Assembly: GCF_000281045.1 (NCBI RefSeq)
Contig: NW_008246073.1
Span: forward strand, 760,213 to 824,212
From: Saprolegnia diclina VS20
Lineage: Eukaryota
Length of the DNA stretch: 64,000 nucleotides
Reading direction: 5' to 3'
Positions 37,530 to 51,558 of this stretch are shown one piece after another; the stretch's first letter is position 1, and each line of letters starts with the position of its first letter. The translations under genes were made by a program, and so were the position numbers. Below the pieces are notes generated by a model. The model was not told where the DNA came from. It did no database searches and saw nothing but the letters and a program-made list of their open reading frames with translations.

Positions 37530-40500
37530 CTATGTGGATGGACTGGTCGGCGGTGACGCCATGGAGATGGCTTCTTCCTTCGCAGGCTTTGCCTTTTTCG
37601 GCTTCAAGAAGCTAAAGCGCGGTTTGATCTTCTTTGGAGACCCACTGCTCGCGTCCGTCGGCAGCTCGAGCTGGAAGGTACGGTCTGGCGACGTCGTCGT
37701 ACTCGCCATGGACTGCGAGAGACTCTTCATGGGAAACTCGAGGCCCGCCCAGCGCGAGAGGTCCAGCTTCTCCTTGAGTAGAAGCCCAATGTTGTTGAAG
37801 TTGCGCCCGACTTGCGAGAGGATGTCGAGGATGATGTCGCGGCGAATGCGAAGGAAGAGGTCGTCGAGGGTACATGTCTTGTCCGTGTACACAAGCGCAT
37901 GGATCTTGAGGTCAAAGCCGCGCATGTCTTCGAGGTGCTGCTGGGGCTGCGTCACCGACTTGCCACCTACGAGAATTGTATGCTCATTCTCGCTTGTACC
38001 AAGTAGCATACTCTTGTAGCTCAGCAAGATCTGGATCGTCCCAAGTCGAATGTGCTTGAAGGTCATGTTCTTGGTCGCGCGGTCCGTCATTTCGGCCACC
38101 TCGCGCTCTTGGTCGTCGGCCCACTCGGTCTTGGCGGCTTCGGCCATCGACTTGCGCGGCTTCCGGAAGGGCCGCATGACGGACGGCGGCAAAAATTGAT
38201 GGCGAATCTCGGCTTCAGCGTCGTCGCGACGTGCGCGGTCGCCCCCGAAAAACGCTGCAAGTTGCACAATGAGGTCGTACGTCAAGCACACTTGGAGCGG
38301 CTGCACATTCACTTCAAAGTGCTGAAGCACCGTGATGCCGCCGATGGGCGTCGCCATCTCGGCGTCAATGCGAACGATCGTGTCGGCGTCTAACAAGTGG
38401 TCGGAACTTGTCGTAGCGGCGCGTCCAAGGAGCTCCGGATACGGTGTTTGTGGTAGCAAGTTGGCGGCTGAGAGCCCCGCAATCGTGCACGAGAGGGTGC
38501 CCGACTGGTCTTCAAACTGCGACAAACTCAACACAAGTCCCGTGTGCACGATCTGAAGGAGCGAGACACTGGGGCTGCGTAGCAAAAGCGTTGCACGGGC
38601 GAGATGAAACGATAGCTCGATCGTCGGGCGCACTTGGAGCGACTTGCGGTACGCCTGGTAACTTGCGGCGACGGCCGTCAAGAGTCGGTCCAGCGTGGCT
38701 TGGAGTGCATCTAACGCCCGATTGCCCCCGTCGTCGTTGCGAACAACGTCACTTGAGACGGCCGAGCTGTGGGCCGAGAGCCGCCGACGTCGAGCCCCGT
38801 CGGTCGTCGCTGATGTCGAGCGATCGGCTTCGTGGAAACGATCTTGCGTGGCGAGGCTGTAGCCGAACCGACACGCTTGCTGCCATTTGAGCTGCTGGAT
38901 CTGCCACTGGGTGTCGCGTTGTTGGTGCCAGAGTTGCTGTAGCCATAGGTCATAATCTCAGTACCGACAAGCGTGGGTACCGGCAGTGAGAGTGTCCCAT
39001 ACGCGCTGTCGGGCGTCAAGTGCTGAAGCATGGCCTGCACCAAAACATCGTGTTTCGCCTTGGCCATCTACCACAGGGTGTGTACATCCATACAATGGGC
39101 AATGGAACACCGCGTACCTTTTCTTGTACGGCATGGGTAAAGGCAACCGCGAGGTCGAGCAAAATTTGCTTGCTTTCAAGATCCAACGTCGCGTCGACAC
39201 ATGGAATCGTGACGTGGATCTGATGTAGGGTAGGAAGCGCGTGTGTGACGGTGATGGCACAGTGCTGGGACTCGGTCGCGTGCACGACCTTGCGCAAAAG
39301 CGCTGTCGAGCTGTCGCAGTAGCCGTCGGGCGCTTTGCGCTTGAGCCATTGCCGGTGCATGACATCCACATCCAGCGACGACGTGTAGAGGAGAACACCA
39401 CGCATAAGAATGTCCACGTGCTCCGTGTTTGCGTCCAAGTCGACAGCGTGACTGATCGTCGCCGACGGAATGGCAAAGAGGACACCGCCCTAAACCATCC
39501 ATTATAGCAGCCGATGTTCGGTGCTACATGTAGCACTACCTTGTGCTGTGTATCTTGGGCAAACACTTGCAGATCCACGAGCTGGATACGAAACAGTGTC
39601 CGAGAACGATCCTCGCCTTTGGAGCCCGTCAGTGTCGAGTCCTCCGAGCGCGTATCGCTGGTCGAGCTCACGCGCACACCCCGTTTTTTGCCTATACATC
39701 GGTCAAGAGGTATTGCGTAAATCATTTGGAGTACTCTCAAGCAGCTCCAAGAGCGACGGCTCGTCTTTCTTGGGCACAGCGACCGGTGTCGCTAGAACAC
39801 ACAATCACCACTTCAAAATCGCGTGTAGACGCACCGGCTTGCGACGTTGTTGCTTCGTAAGCGCGCACCGCGTCGATCGAGACGCGGAAGAGCTCGGGCA
39901 CGTGCTCTCGTAAAAACTGTATCCATGCGCTGCCAATCTCAAAGAGGGTTTCGAGTGTATCGAGCGTCACGAGGATCCTCGGCGCGTCCAGCAAAACGCT
40001 GAGAAGACACCCGTGTCCGAGGACCTCGTGCGATGTCGGCGCCGCCTCTTGCATGACCGTCGACACCTCGGCTTCGAACGCCATCGTATCGGGTCGGTGC
40101 TTGAGCAAATGCTCGTCGCCCTTGATGTCAAAGAACTCCATGATGGACTTTTGAGCCCGAGACGACGTCGCCGGTACGAGGACCGCTGCTGAGGGGGCCG
40201 CGTGCAAACGCGCAGCTATTCGAGCCCGACGGGCGTCGGCCAGCGGCGCGATGGACGCGTTGCGCGTCTTCTCCATTTCAACATGCAGCGCACCGAGGTC
40301 AACAAATGACTCGCCGCGCGACCCAGTGGCGAGCGTGCACACTCGCCAATGCACTTCGGCGACGCCAAACACCACATCGTGGAACGCAATGTCAAGAACC
40401 GACACCACGTGGTCGTTGAGCGACTCGGCGAGAGTCTTGACGAGGCCGCGCGTCGCGCCAAGCGACAAGAAAATGTCACGCAGGCTCCAGCGACACCCTT

Positions 40501-43500
40501 CAGGGCTCTGGTCGCTGTAGTAGAGCGCCATATCGAGACCCGCGATTTCGACTGCCTCGACCGTGCATGTCTGGAGATGGCCGAGAATCGCACGCAGAGA
40601 AATCATGGGCACGACATGCGGTCGGCGCGTGAAGCTCGGGTTGCCAAATGCGCGCGCATACTGCATAGCAAAGTGGAGGAGCCACTCGACCGTCGTGCCG
40701 TACAGCAGAACCGACGGCATCTCGTTTCGGTCGTTTGTCGTCACTTGCACCGTCATATGCACATGCAGACCCGACGACGTAAACGCGCTCGGCTGCGGCT
40801 CCAAAACGAACCGTTGCACTTGGCGATGGGCGTCCAAGTAGGTAAACTCACGGGGCGTCACGTAGTGCACGACGCTGTCGCAGCCCCAATCGAGTCGGAT
40901 GTGGCAGTGGATGCGGTGGACATCGACGACGTTACCGAATCCAATGGGCTCGATGCGGCAGCGCAGCTTTGCCACTTGGAGGACCACGTCTTGGTGACTG
41001 TACACGACGTCGATTGCGTGGAGACTGAGCAACACGTGCTCCTGGTTGGCGCCAAACAGTTTGACCGTTGTCTCGTCGAGGCGCACGTGGCATTTACCGT
41101 GCAGAAAGCCGCGAATTGCATCCCAGTACGCCGCGCTCGGCACGACAAGCGATAAGGCGCGCTGCAGATCTTGAAACACCTCGGCAAAGATCGCGTTCAT
41201 TCGTGGGGTGTACGACACCGCGGTTCCGCGCAAGACAACGTCAAGGTCGAAAAAGAGCTTGAGCGGACTTGTCGAAGTCTCGACTTGGAGCTCCAAATGA
41301 GGCCCGATGGAGACAGTGTGCGCTTTCGACATGACTTTCGTGCTCGTGGGTTGCGCGAGAATCACGTTGCCCCGGACTGTCACCTGGTGCACCAAAAGCG
41401 GCGTATGATCTCGAAGCTCGACGACGACGGCGTCGACGCTCATGTCCAGCACCATGGCAATCAAAAAGTCAAACGACGGGCGAAAGCACGTGGTTTCATG
41501 TGGCGGTTCCCGGAGCGCTCGATGGACGGCGTCGGAAGCTTCGTCGAGCTCCTTTAGACGTCGGATCGAGCTCGGGTCGTCGTCGGAGGCGATCGTGATC
41601 GAGCCGACAATACTCTGCACGTGCAAACGCAACCGGGGTCGCGGTACGATAGACGGACGCTGCTTGACGCGCTGGATGTACAGCGTCGCGTTCTTCTCGA
41701 GCCGCACCTTGGTCATTTCTTGGTAGGTCTCCAAGGCGAGCATGTCGGCATTTGTGAGCTTGAGGCTGTGCCACTGCTCTTCGACAATCTGGCGGCGCAC
41801 TTCTTGTTCTGCGAGGTCGTCCATCCAGATCGGGTACATTTGGGCGAGCCACACTTCCATAGGGTGGTCCAAGCCCACGACAGCGACGTCATGGATGTCA
41901 AGCCAAATCACTGGCGGCGTGGGCTCGGCAATCTTGGCAAAGTAGGTATACGCCAGTGCCGACTGCGGACGCCAATAGACTGCGAGCTCTTGCTGAAGCG
42001 CGGTGACAAGACCAGCCGCATGGAGCTGGAACGTGGACACGAGCTCTGAGAGCGGCACAAAAAACCGGTACACAAGCCGGACTTCGAGTCCGTTGAGGCC
42101 GATCAAAAGGCCTTCGCTTCCAATGCGCTCTGTCGTGGGGGCGACAATCTTCTGCCGCTGCCGAAGCATAGCTTCAAACTCGCCAAAGACGTAATCGGGT
42201 CGGCGGTCGAGCGTCCGTCGGACCGAGATGGCCTTGACCGAGAGCAGCAGCTCGTTTTGCCACTGCACTGTGATGTTTGCAAACGACCAGAGATCTGGGA
42301 GGTCGGCGCCGCCAAAGCTGTCCATACGCAGCTCTAGGTCGTAAGGCGTCATCGTCACAGCGATCGTCGCGATCTGGAGCCTATGCAACTTGTCTCCAGA
42401 CGCACTTGTCAAAGAAGCGAGCTTTACAAGCGCCGCTTCGTACGCTGTCAAGTCGTCCATTGGAGTGTTCACACCGAGCTTGAACTTGGAATGACGTGGC
42501 GCAACGAACGTCGTGTACGTGTGGAAGAGCTGAAAGAGCATGTTGTAGGACGCGAGTGTGACGTCTTGCACCAGCACTAGAAGCCGCAGCTGTAGCGCAA
42601 GATCCCAATGCACGACGATGCGGCGCCCATAGAGATCAACGACCGACATGTCTCGGACCGGCGTCTCTTCGATTGCAAAGTCGGCGACACTCAAGTACGG
42701 CGTGACGGCCGGGGGCGTCAGTGCCTTGATGTGTCGAAAGTGAAGCCGGTAGCGTGCGCTGTTGGCTTCGGTTTCAATGCTCATGTGGTCAATGCTCACG
42801 TGCTCCATCGTCGTGTGGCCTGCGCATGTTGTCGGAAAGATGGCGACAATGCGTTTGATGGCTCCGCGAAAGTTGACGTGTACGTACAGCCGCGTGTCGT
42901 CGCTACAGACTTCGCCAAGCGGCCGCATGTCGGGCACGAGTGACGGACTCATGGGTTTTGGGCGGGCAAAAACTTTTCGCAGCGGCGCCTGGGCAACAAA
43001 GAGGCCAAGATGGAAGGCACCACCGACAGCTTGCAATGCGGCGGGTGAGTAGGTGACTTGAATCCACTCGGCCTCCATCTCGACGTCAGCGGGCTTGGTC
43101 TGGCCGTGCAAAATAGAGTCCAGTGGCCCGAGAAAGAGCCGTGTGCTGTCAACCGACAGGATGTGCTTTTCGTTCGTCGTCCAGATGCTGAGACGGCAAA
43201 GACGGAGCTCCACCAGCGACCGTACACCGACCATTGTCGTGGGAAACACAGACACATGCAAGTCGTCGAGACGTACATCCAGAGGCGGCGCTCCGTAGGA
43301 CGGGTCACTGAGTGCTAGTGCTGTTCGCGGAACGGTCTGTAGCTTTGTTTGCACGAGCTTGACTTGGACATCGAGTGTCCACGGACTGTAGATGGGCAAA
43401 GACGCCTGCAGTGATGTAGGCGGCGCGAGTGAGGCGGCGAGGGCGACCCACGGCTCGAGTTGGTCAGTTAGCGTCGTATGCAGGTGCTTGACTTCACCCG

Positions 43501-44774
43501 AGAGCTTCAAGTCGATGGTTCCGCCTGCGCGCGGGTGGATATCAAGCCAAATGGCTGCCGGCGCAATAGAAGCGAGTGGCAATGCGTTCAGCGTTGCACT
43601 CACAGGTCCGACTTCAATCGCCCACGTCCGTCCCATGAACGACTCACTCGTCGTCTGGCGATGGTGGTTGCTGGCTGCGACCAGTCGTGCCACGGTCACA
43701 TCGAGCACATTGTCTACCTTGTGGCGCACCTCGAGATGTACAGACGACCACGCAAGCGTTGTGACCTTGGGAAGAAGCGCCAGCCAATCGTATTTCAAGA
43801 GTCGGTGCCAGTCATCTTCGGAAATGCCTGGAGACGCCGACGCTGCCACACGAGTGGGGGGCTTGGAGAACGCAGCGAGTAGCGCAGTGTCTGTGATGGA
43901 CACCTGCAGATCGCGGCCCGAAATTGCCACCTCGTGAGGTAGCGGCACCCGAAGGTCATGACGATCACGCGAGAGTGGCACTGCGATTTTGAGCTGCACC
44001 TCTTGCATCTGCATGCGAGCGCCGCGAACAACGACCTCCATGGGTTGATCGCGCGCAACGGTGGCGCAGAAAAGAAGGTCGTGGCTCGTCACGTTCAACC
44101 GAAGCTGGACGTCCAAACTCGCGCGCTACGACTTGACTTGTGAAGCGTCACCGGCATCGGCGCAATCGCCGTACCTGTATCTGGATAATGTCTTGGCCAT
44201 TTTCCTGCAGCGAGAGCGAAATGTTGGCTATCGAAATGCCGAGAAGATGCACGAAGCGAGCGACGACGCCAAAGCGCTGCACGAGCGGCAGCACCACGGC
44301 CCAGAGCGCATGGGTCGGGTCATGGAGGCTAGCGATCCAAGCCAGCGACGCATCCGGTGGAAGAACATGGGCAAGGACCTGCCGAGGAGCCTTTTCGCTC
44401 GTGCGGTTGATCTGGACCGAGACCGCCGAGACGACGAGGCGCACGAGCATGGCTTGGCTCGGCGCCTTGGCAAAGGCCCATAGGAGGCTCCACAGCCGGA
44501 TGCGCACGGGGTGCACCTGGACGTTCAGCATGGTCTCCTCGTCGAGCTTGAGGCTGGTCCATAGACCTAGGTCAGGGTTGCATGAGTCGGCGAGGCTGCA
44601 GTCGCCTACGCGACGATCGCCGGAGCGCGAGGTTGATCCCGGCTTCGAGACCCTACGAGGAAGCGTCCATGAGACGACCCTCTTCCTCGGCCTCGTCCTC
44701 CATGCAGATGCTACCCATCGGAGCGCGATGGCCGCGCCGACGGCCAGCGTCGTCCAGTACAGCAGCCCGCCCAT
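37530..44774 (-). CDS. Bridge-like lipid transfer protein of the BLTP2/Hobbit/FMP27/SABRE family
   Basis: N-terminal TM anchor (MGGLLYWTTLAVGAAIAL), ~2000 aa of beta-rich sequence, C-terminal Apt1-like EMTDRATKNMTFKHIRLG..LSYK..YTDKTCTLDDL..DIL. Confidence 0.8.
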
Positions 44775-46089
44775 GCTCGTCTTGCTGCTCGACGTTGATC
44801 GGTTTCTCGAGATCTTTGCGCCGGTTGTCATCCGGATGCTGTCATAAGGCTAACCGCACGCAACATCGCGTTTCAGTTTTCGCGCCACGTGCTCCGCGAC
44901 ACGCGACGCTTGGACGGTGTAAACAAACGCGAGGCGGCAAAGATGGCGTCGACAGCGCACTGGGCGCAGCAGCTTCACCTTATTTCCGCAGCAGCCGTAG
45001 CAGTTTCGAGCCGAAATCAATTCTCGTGCCAAATCAACGCTACTATATAGTACCTCTCCCACTCGCCTGGTCACTCGCTGTGGCATGACATTGGATAGCG
45101 CAAGAGAAGAGTCGGGAACACAAAGTCATGTTCTTTGTGGTGCCACGGCTCGCGTTATCGCAGCTGGTCGGAGAGCGATCTGGTGCGACCAGCCGGGCGT
45201 GTCATCGCTTGCGCTTGTACGATCGCAGCGTCTTGGTTGCCCATCGTCCAGAGCCAGGCCGTCGAATGCGAGCTGCATTCTTTTGTCATTCAGAGGGGAG
45301 GAAGGAAGAAGGAATTGCTTCGAAGGACCGAACAGAGACAAAGGCGGTGAAGTTGACGTTTGCGACACAGCTGATGGCGATTGCGGTCTTCGCAACTCGG
45401 TACTCATGCCTGGCTGGATGTCCTCGCTGACATTACTTGAGTACGGATGATCGACGTAACAGTAGCGTCCAGTGGCCGCGAAAAATGCGCGTGCAAGCAC
45501 TGTCAACAGAAAGGATGGATTAGTAGCACCAACGCATCCGCGGCGACGCCTCGCGCTTCCTAATACGGTACAAGATCACTGTCGTCGCCGCAAAGGAGTA
45601 GCTTTGACGACGACTCGCACCGAAGACTCTCCCTCACGGCCACATCAATTTATGGCCACATCCCCAGCAGCGACAAACAAACTCGTACCCAAGTGAGTGC
45701 ACCCAGTGTATCAGCAGATGCGAAACACAAGCTGGCGCGGAGCAAACTACCGTTAGACTGCATCTTCGTCGCCATGGTGGTTTGGTAAAAGACTCCCGAG
45801 GAATCCCACGCTCCGTCTTCTACGGGGATACCAATATGTGTGCGCATTGGCGGCTGCTTTCCAGTCGCTCCTCGCGTCAGGTACTACAGTACACCGTTCG
45901 TATTACATGCGCCCGGCGTGCACCGGTAGTCGGCCGTACACATGTGTAAAGGCAATCGCCGGGACAAAATTGAGCAAGAATGATGGATGGCTATGCCCAG
46001 CTGGCACGGCAACTGATTGCGACGCTTGGCACTGACCTTTTTATGGGAGCTCAGTGTAACGTTGGCTGGCCAACCGGCACACAACCGAG

Positions 46090-48052
46090 ATGCTGCCAAT
46101 CTGGACGATCCTGGGCCTCCTCGCGCTCGTCCTGTCCTTCTCCTGCATGGCCATGGCGCTTTGGTCCATGCACCACTCGATGAAGTATATGCAGTCGTGC
46201 GTCTTCCGCGCGACTTTTGCCTACCTCGTCTCGCGCAGCGTGCATGCAATCGCGTGGAGCGTCGTCTCGATCTTCTTTATCGACCAGTTTGTCGGGAACG
46301 AATCGTCTGCCTGGCTGCACCTGGACTCGTACCATGATGCTGGCGGCTTTCGTCTCCTCCGCCACGACGAGTCGCCCAACGGGAAAGAGGATCCACCGAC
46401 TGAGGTTATCATCATGGTCTTCTTTGGCGACGCAGCAACCGTCTCGGGCGCGCTCTGGATGCTCGTGCTCGTCGTCGAGCTTATCAAGCTCGCGGTACAC
46501 TGCCCGTGTCGTCCTACATTGATCCTCATCAACTGACAACATAGAAAAAATCCCTTGACCGCGGCTCGTTCCAAGAGAAATGGACGTTCAAGCGCTACAC
46601 GATAGTCAACGTCGTCATTGTTGGCATTTACACCATCGTACGCCTCTCCATCGATGTGGAAACCCACTGATTCTTTTGCCCCTAGCTCTCCTTTGCGATC
46701 GATGGACCAGGTTTTTGGACTGGCCGGTACGTCGCCGTCCTCGTCACTTCCAACGTCCTCCAAGCGCTCGTCATTGGCACCGTCACGGCCGGGTGCGTTT
46801 CTTTTTCCTTTTGTTCAACAAGCTCACAAACGACCAGGGTCTACTACCTCCGGTCGCACAGCCGCAAGTTCGAGTCCGTCGACGGGCAAGTGATCCAGTC
46901 GCCGCTATATTTGCGCCTCAAGCGCATCTTGTACGCTCCGTGTCATCATCGAACGAAGTTTGAGCAGTTTGTGTAGAACGGTGTACATCACCACGTCGCT
47001 CCCGTACCTCATTGTGGGCTGGTTCATGCTCGCAAGCGACGCACCCGGTAACTTTATGCCGCGCTGGCTCATGGGCTCGTCCATCGTGCTCTTCAATGCA
47101 TCCGGCTGCGTCTTTGCCCTCGTTCTCGTTGGCAGCCAAGAATGCTTCAATTCATGCCTCGGTCCGTCCAACGAGACGCGGCTCACTGTCACGCAAGCGT
47201 CCCAAAATACGGACGCGCCATTGGAGCACCCGGTCTTTGTCAACACGGACATTGAGTCGTCGAGCTTGCTCTGGGGCCAACTTGGCCAGACCATGCACGA
47301 CGCCCAGGAGCTCCATGACAACCTTCTCCGGTCGCTCCTTGTCAAACACAACGGGTACGAGATCACGACTTGCGGGGACGCGTTCCAGCTCGCGTTCCAC
47401 TGCATCCCAGACGCCGTCGCCTACTGCTTGGATGTCCAGTTGGAGCTCATGAACCAGCCGTGGCCCGTCGAATTTGTCGACTCGGGTCTTCCCGGCAGCC
47501 TCACCGTCTCGATCCGCACCAAGCACGTACCGCTGACAAAGCCCAAGCACATGTATTTATTCCACGGCATCCGCGTGCGCATGGGGATCCATGCAGCGTC
47601 CGAAGCCGAGGGCCAGCTCTTCCACCAAGTGCACCCGGTGACGCACCGGACAACGTACGTCGGTCTCTCGGAGCTCATTGGGCGCGAAGTCAGCGACGTG
47701 GGCCATGGCGGACAGATCGTCGTGACGGCGCCGATCGCCAAGTGGCTCGAAACCGAAGCCAGCAAGAACTCGCGATGGGCGCAAGATCACGCGTTCGCCG
47801 TCCAAGACATGGGTAGGACAAACAATCCTAACGGTGTTGAACCGCCACTCATACCGGTATGTAGGCGTCTATCGCATCTCGGATCTCAAAATCGACCTCG
47901 GGATCGCCGAAGTCGTCCCCGCGGCGCTGCGCGAGCGAAGCGCACACTTTGGCTCGATTGCCAATTTGCAAAGCCGCACGTCGTACGAGCCGTCCGAGAG
48001 CATGCGCTATGGCCTCGTGCGCTCACCGCGTGAAGTCGCCATCTTTGTCTAG
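46090..48052 (+). CDS. 7TM receptor fused to class III nucleotide cyclase-like domain, copy A
   Basis: Spliced model gives seven hydrophobic helices with DRG after TM3, then VFVNTDIESSS, GYEITTCGDAF, GIRVRMGIH, GGQIVVT. Confidence 0.85.
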
Positions 48053-48841
48053 TCGTTCTCGACGCCTTATTTATTATTGTATCCACTTTTGTTTTGGGCA
48101 AGTCCGGAAGTATACACGTCGTGTTGGTCAGAGCTAGCAAAGAAAGGCCGTCGATTCGAGACTCACTCGATCGTGAGACCGACGACGACCCATCGTGTGC
48201 GCTTCAGATACTTCATTCTCCCACAAGACATGACCTCCCACTGTGCCTCTACGGCATCACTGCATCAAGCACAGACAAGCGAGAGCTTGATATTACACGT
48301 CGAGTAGCTACAGCGTGTACTGTAGCATCAAGTAGCTATCTCATGTACCTTGATATACTGTACACAATGGCGTTGACACCTCGACTGTGAAATGCAAATA
48401 GGCACCTGGCGTCGACCGCACGACCGAGCGGAGAAACGGTGAAGGAGGCGCACGGAAGCCGTAAACTAATAACAGAAGTCCCTAGGTGCTGCACCGCCTC
48501 TCGGGTGATCAAGACACTGGCTATTCAAGCCGATTCGAAGACGGTGCGAATCTCTAATGTCGTTTGCAGGTGCCAAAGAGTCTCTAGGTCGGTAGCCTTC
48601 GTAGGCCTCGTGGAGACGACTGCAGAGCCTACTCGAGTCCTTGACTGTGGGGTCGAGCGGCCCGAATGAGGTCCAAAAAACGACCTTTGCAAGTCCCAAC
48701 GCTTCAAAGGTCTCGCGACGTTGCGACACGGACAGCACATGTCGCATTGCGTATGGCTCAATAATTTGACATTTTAGCCAATGGCCTTGCAGGAGGCCAC
48801 CACAAGGATCAACCCGAGCAGCATTTCAGGAATAGACGACG

Positions 48842-50810
48842 ATGCTGCCAATATGGAGCCTCATCTACGTGCTCGTGCTCTTCGTCTCGTTCATCGCGAC
48901 GTCCATGGCCGTGTACACCATGTTCCGCCTGAAGCGGCGCATCCGAACCTGCGTCTTCTACGCCACATACGCGTACTTTATCTCACGCACGGTCTACTCG
49001 CTCACGCGCGCGGTCGTCCTCGCCGCTGTCGTCGACCAGTTCTTCCAGGCCAACTCGACGTGGATGGAGATCGATAGCCTCCGCGACGTGAGCGCCTTTA
49101 GCCCGCTCACCGACAGCTCCAACGATCCAACCTTGGACGCGCCGCCCAACGTCGTCATGTGGTTCCTCCTCATTGGCGACGCCGCACTCATTGCAGGCGC
49201 GCTTTGGATGCTCGTGCTCGTGCTGGAGCTCGTGCGCTTGGCGCGCAAGGCCATGGACCGCGGTTCGATCCGCGAAGCCCGCACAATCAAGTACTATGGC
49301 GCCGCCATCATGGTCCTTGTGCTTTCGTACTTTGCGGTACGTGCGCTGTCTATTGTGGGGATGACGCTACAACATATTCTAATGCACTAGCTCTCGTTCG
49401 TGCTCTCGACGGGGCGCACGGAAGGCACGATGCCCAACACGATGACTGTGAGCTTTTACTCGGGGCGGTTCAAGTCGGTGCTCATTACTGCGATTTCGAT
49501 TCAATCGGGCGTCATCCTGCTCGTCGCCACGGCGTACGTGGCGTTTTGCTTTATCGTGCATGGATGCTGACTACGCCTACGTGTAGGATGTGGTTTTTGC
49601 GCCGACGCGGCCGCAACTTTGAAAGCGTCGACGGCGAGCTCACGACGTCGCCGCTCTACATGCGTCTCAAGCGCATCCTGTACGATCGTACTCGTGTGTA
49701 TGCTGGCACCTCACGCCTCTTGTAGCTCAGTCTACTGCATCATGTCGCTTCCGTACATTGCCATGACGTGGCTCTCGCTCATTTGCTCGCTTCTCGATAC
49801 TGAGTGTCCGTCCGTGCTTCTCGGTATCGCAACGATTTTGTACTTTGCGTCGGGTCTAGCCTTTGCCATCGTCATGGTCGGAAGCCAACAGTGCTGCTAC
49901 GCGTGTCTCTTGCCCGCGGACGAAGTGCGCACGGCCCAACTCCACTTATCGCCGAGCCCCAAGCACGCGCAGTCCCCGGTTGCGTACCCCGTCTTTGTCA
50001 ACACCGACATTGAATCCTCAAGCTTGCTCTGGGGCCAGCTTGGCCAGACCATGCACGACGCCCAAGAGCTTCACGACAACCTCCTAAGATCGCTGATTGT
50101 CAAGCACCATGGGTACGAGATCACGACCTGCGGCGACGCGTTCCAGCTCGCGTTCCAGTCCATTGCGGACGCTGTTGCCTACTGCTTGGATGTCCAGTTG
50201 GAGCTCATGAACCAGCCGTGGCCCGTCGAATTTGTCGACTCGGGTCTTCCCGGCAGTCTTACTGTCTCGATCCGCACCAAGCACGTACCGCTGACAAAGC
50301 CCAAGCACATGTATTTATTCCACGGCATCCGCGTGCGCATGGGGATCCATGCAGCGTCCGAAGCCGAGGGCCAGCTTTTCCACCAAGTGCACCCGGTGAC
50401 GCACCGGACAACGTACGTCGGTCTCTCGGAGCTCATTGGGCGCGAAGTCAGCGATCTCGGCAACGGCGGGCAGATCGTCGTGACGACCCCGATCGCCAAG
50501 TGGCTCGAGTCGCAAGCGCTGGCCGATACCGAGTGGAGCAACGCCAACCCGTTCGTCGTGCAAGATCTCGGTACGAGCTCCTTCTATCTCGTTCTACCGC
50601 GCTAATGTGCTGCGTGTAGGGGTCTACCGCGTCGCAGACCTCAAGATCGATTTGGGTCTGGCCGAAGTGCTGCCGCTGGCGCTCAAAGATCGCCGCGCGC
50701 ACTTTCAATCGATTGCGAATGTGCAAAGTCGCAAGTCGTATACGCGGCACGATAGCACCGCGTACGGCCTCGTTGGCTCGCCACGAGATACGCTCGCGCG
50801 TTTAGTCTAG
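48842..50810 (+). CDS. 7TM receptor fused to class III nucleotide cyclase-like domain, copy B
   Basis: Same architecture (MLPIW start, GDAA..GALWMLVLV, SPLY.RLKRIL, NTDIESS, GDAF). Confidence 0.85.
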
Positions 50811-51558
50811 TCTAGTCGAATAGAAGTATAGTAATTTAGTATGTATTGGTATTCTCGTCGTCGTGGTGAGAGTGTCAAGTCGTGGACGCTCCTCACGCCA
50901 CGTAATCGCCCGGGTCGTGTAGACAGTTGATGATGGAGTAATACGACAAAACAATTGTACTATAAAGTGGCTACTGCCCCAACATGGACAGCGAAGAACG
51001 ATCGCGCGACTTGCAGCGTCATAGCTTGGCTTTGCGGACCGTCCACGTGGGAGGATTCTTTCGTGGACAGGCGGCGCCGATTTTTGTCCCTATGGACGCC
51101 GCGTCCTGGCCCGCGTGGCGTGCGTGCAATGGACGCTGACTCGTATGCTTGGCGCACGTCGCATCTGCGTATACGCGGTGCTTGCGAGGGTTGCTTGGTG
51201 CGGACACGCTTTCGCGCCATGATGAAGTCGAAAATTGGTCGTAATCACGATGCCGAATGGGATTCCATATCCAACTGCAAACGCCCATATCTTATCCCAG
51301 CTGGTCGCCACGCGTGCGGGTGGCTTGGGTCGGTTGTTACGCGCACGCTGGCTCGCGCGAGGTAAACTGGTGCGGCGACGAACGCGCATGGTGGCACGCC
51401 CGCCCTGTCGCGTCCATGTGCCGTTTCAATATGGTTCTTGCGATGTTTCAATATGGTCAAAACGAAGTTCGAAGCCATAAAGTGGCATTAGACATGGCGT
51501 GTCCAAGCTGTTCTTGCAGGCGCCTGGCGCATCATTCGGCCTTCTCTCCACGACGCAC

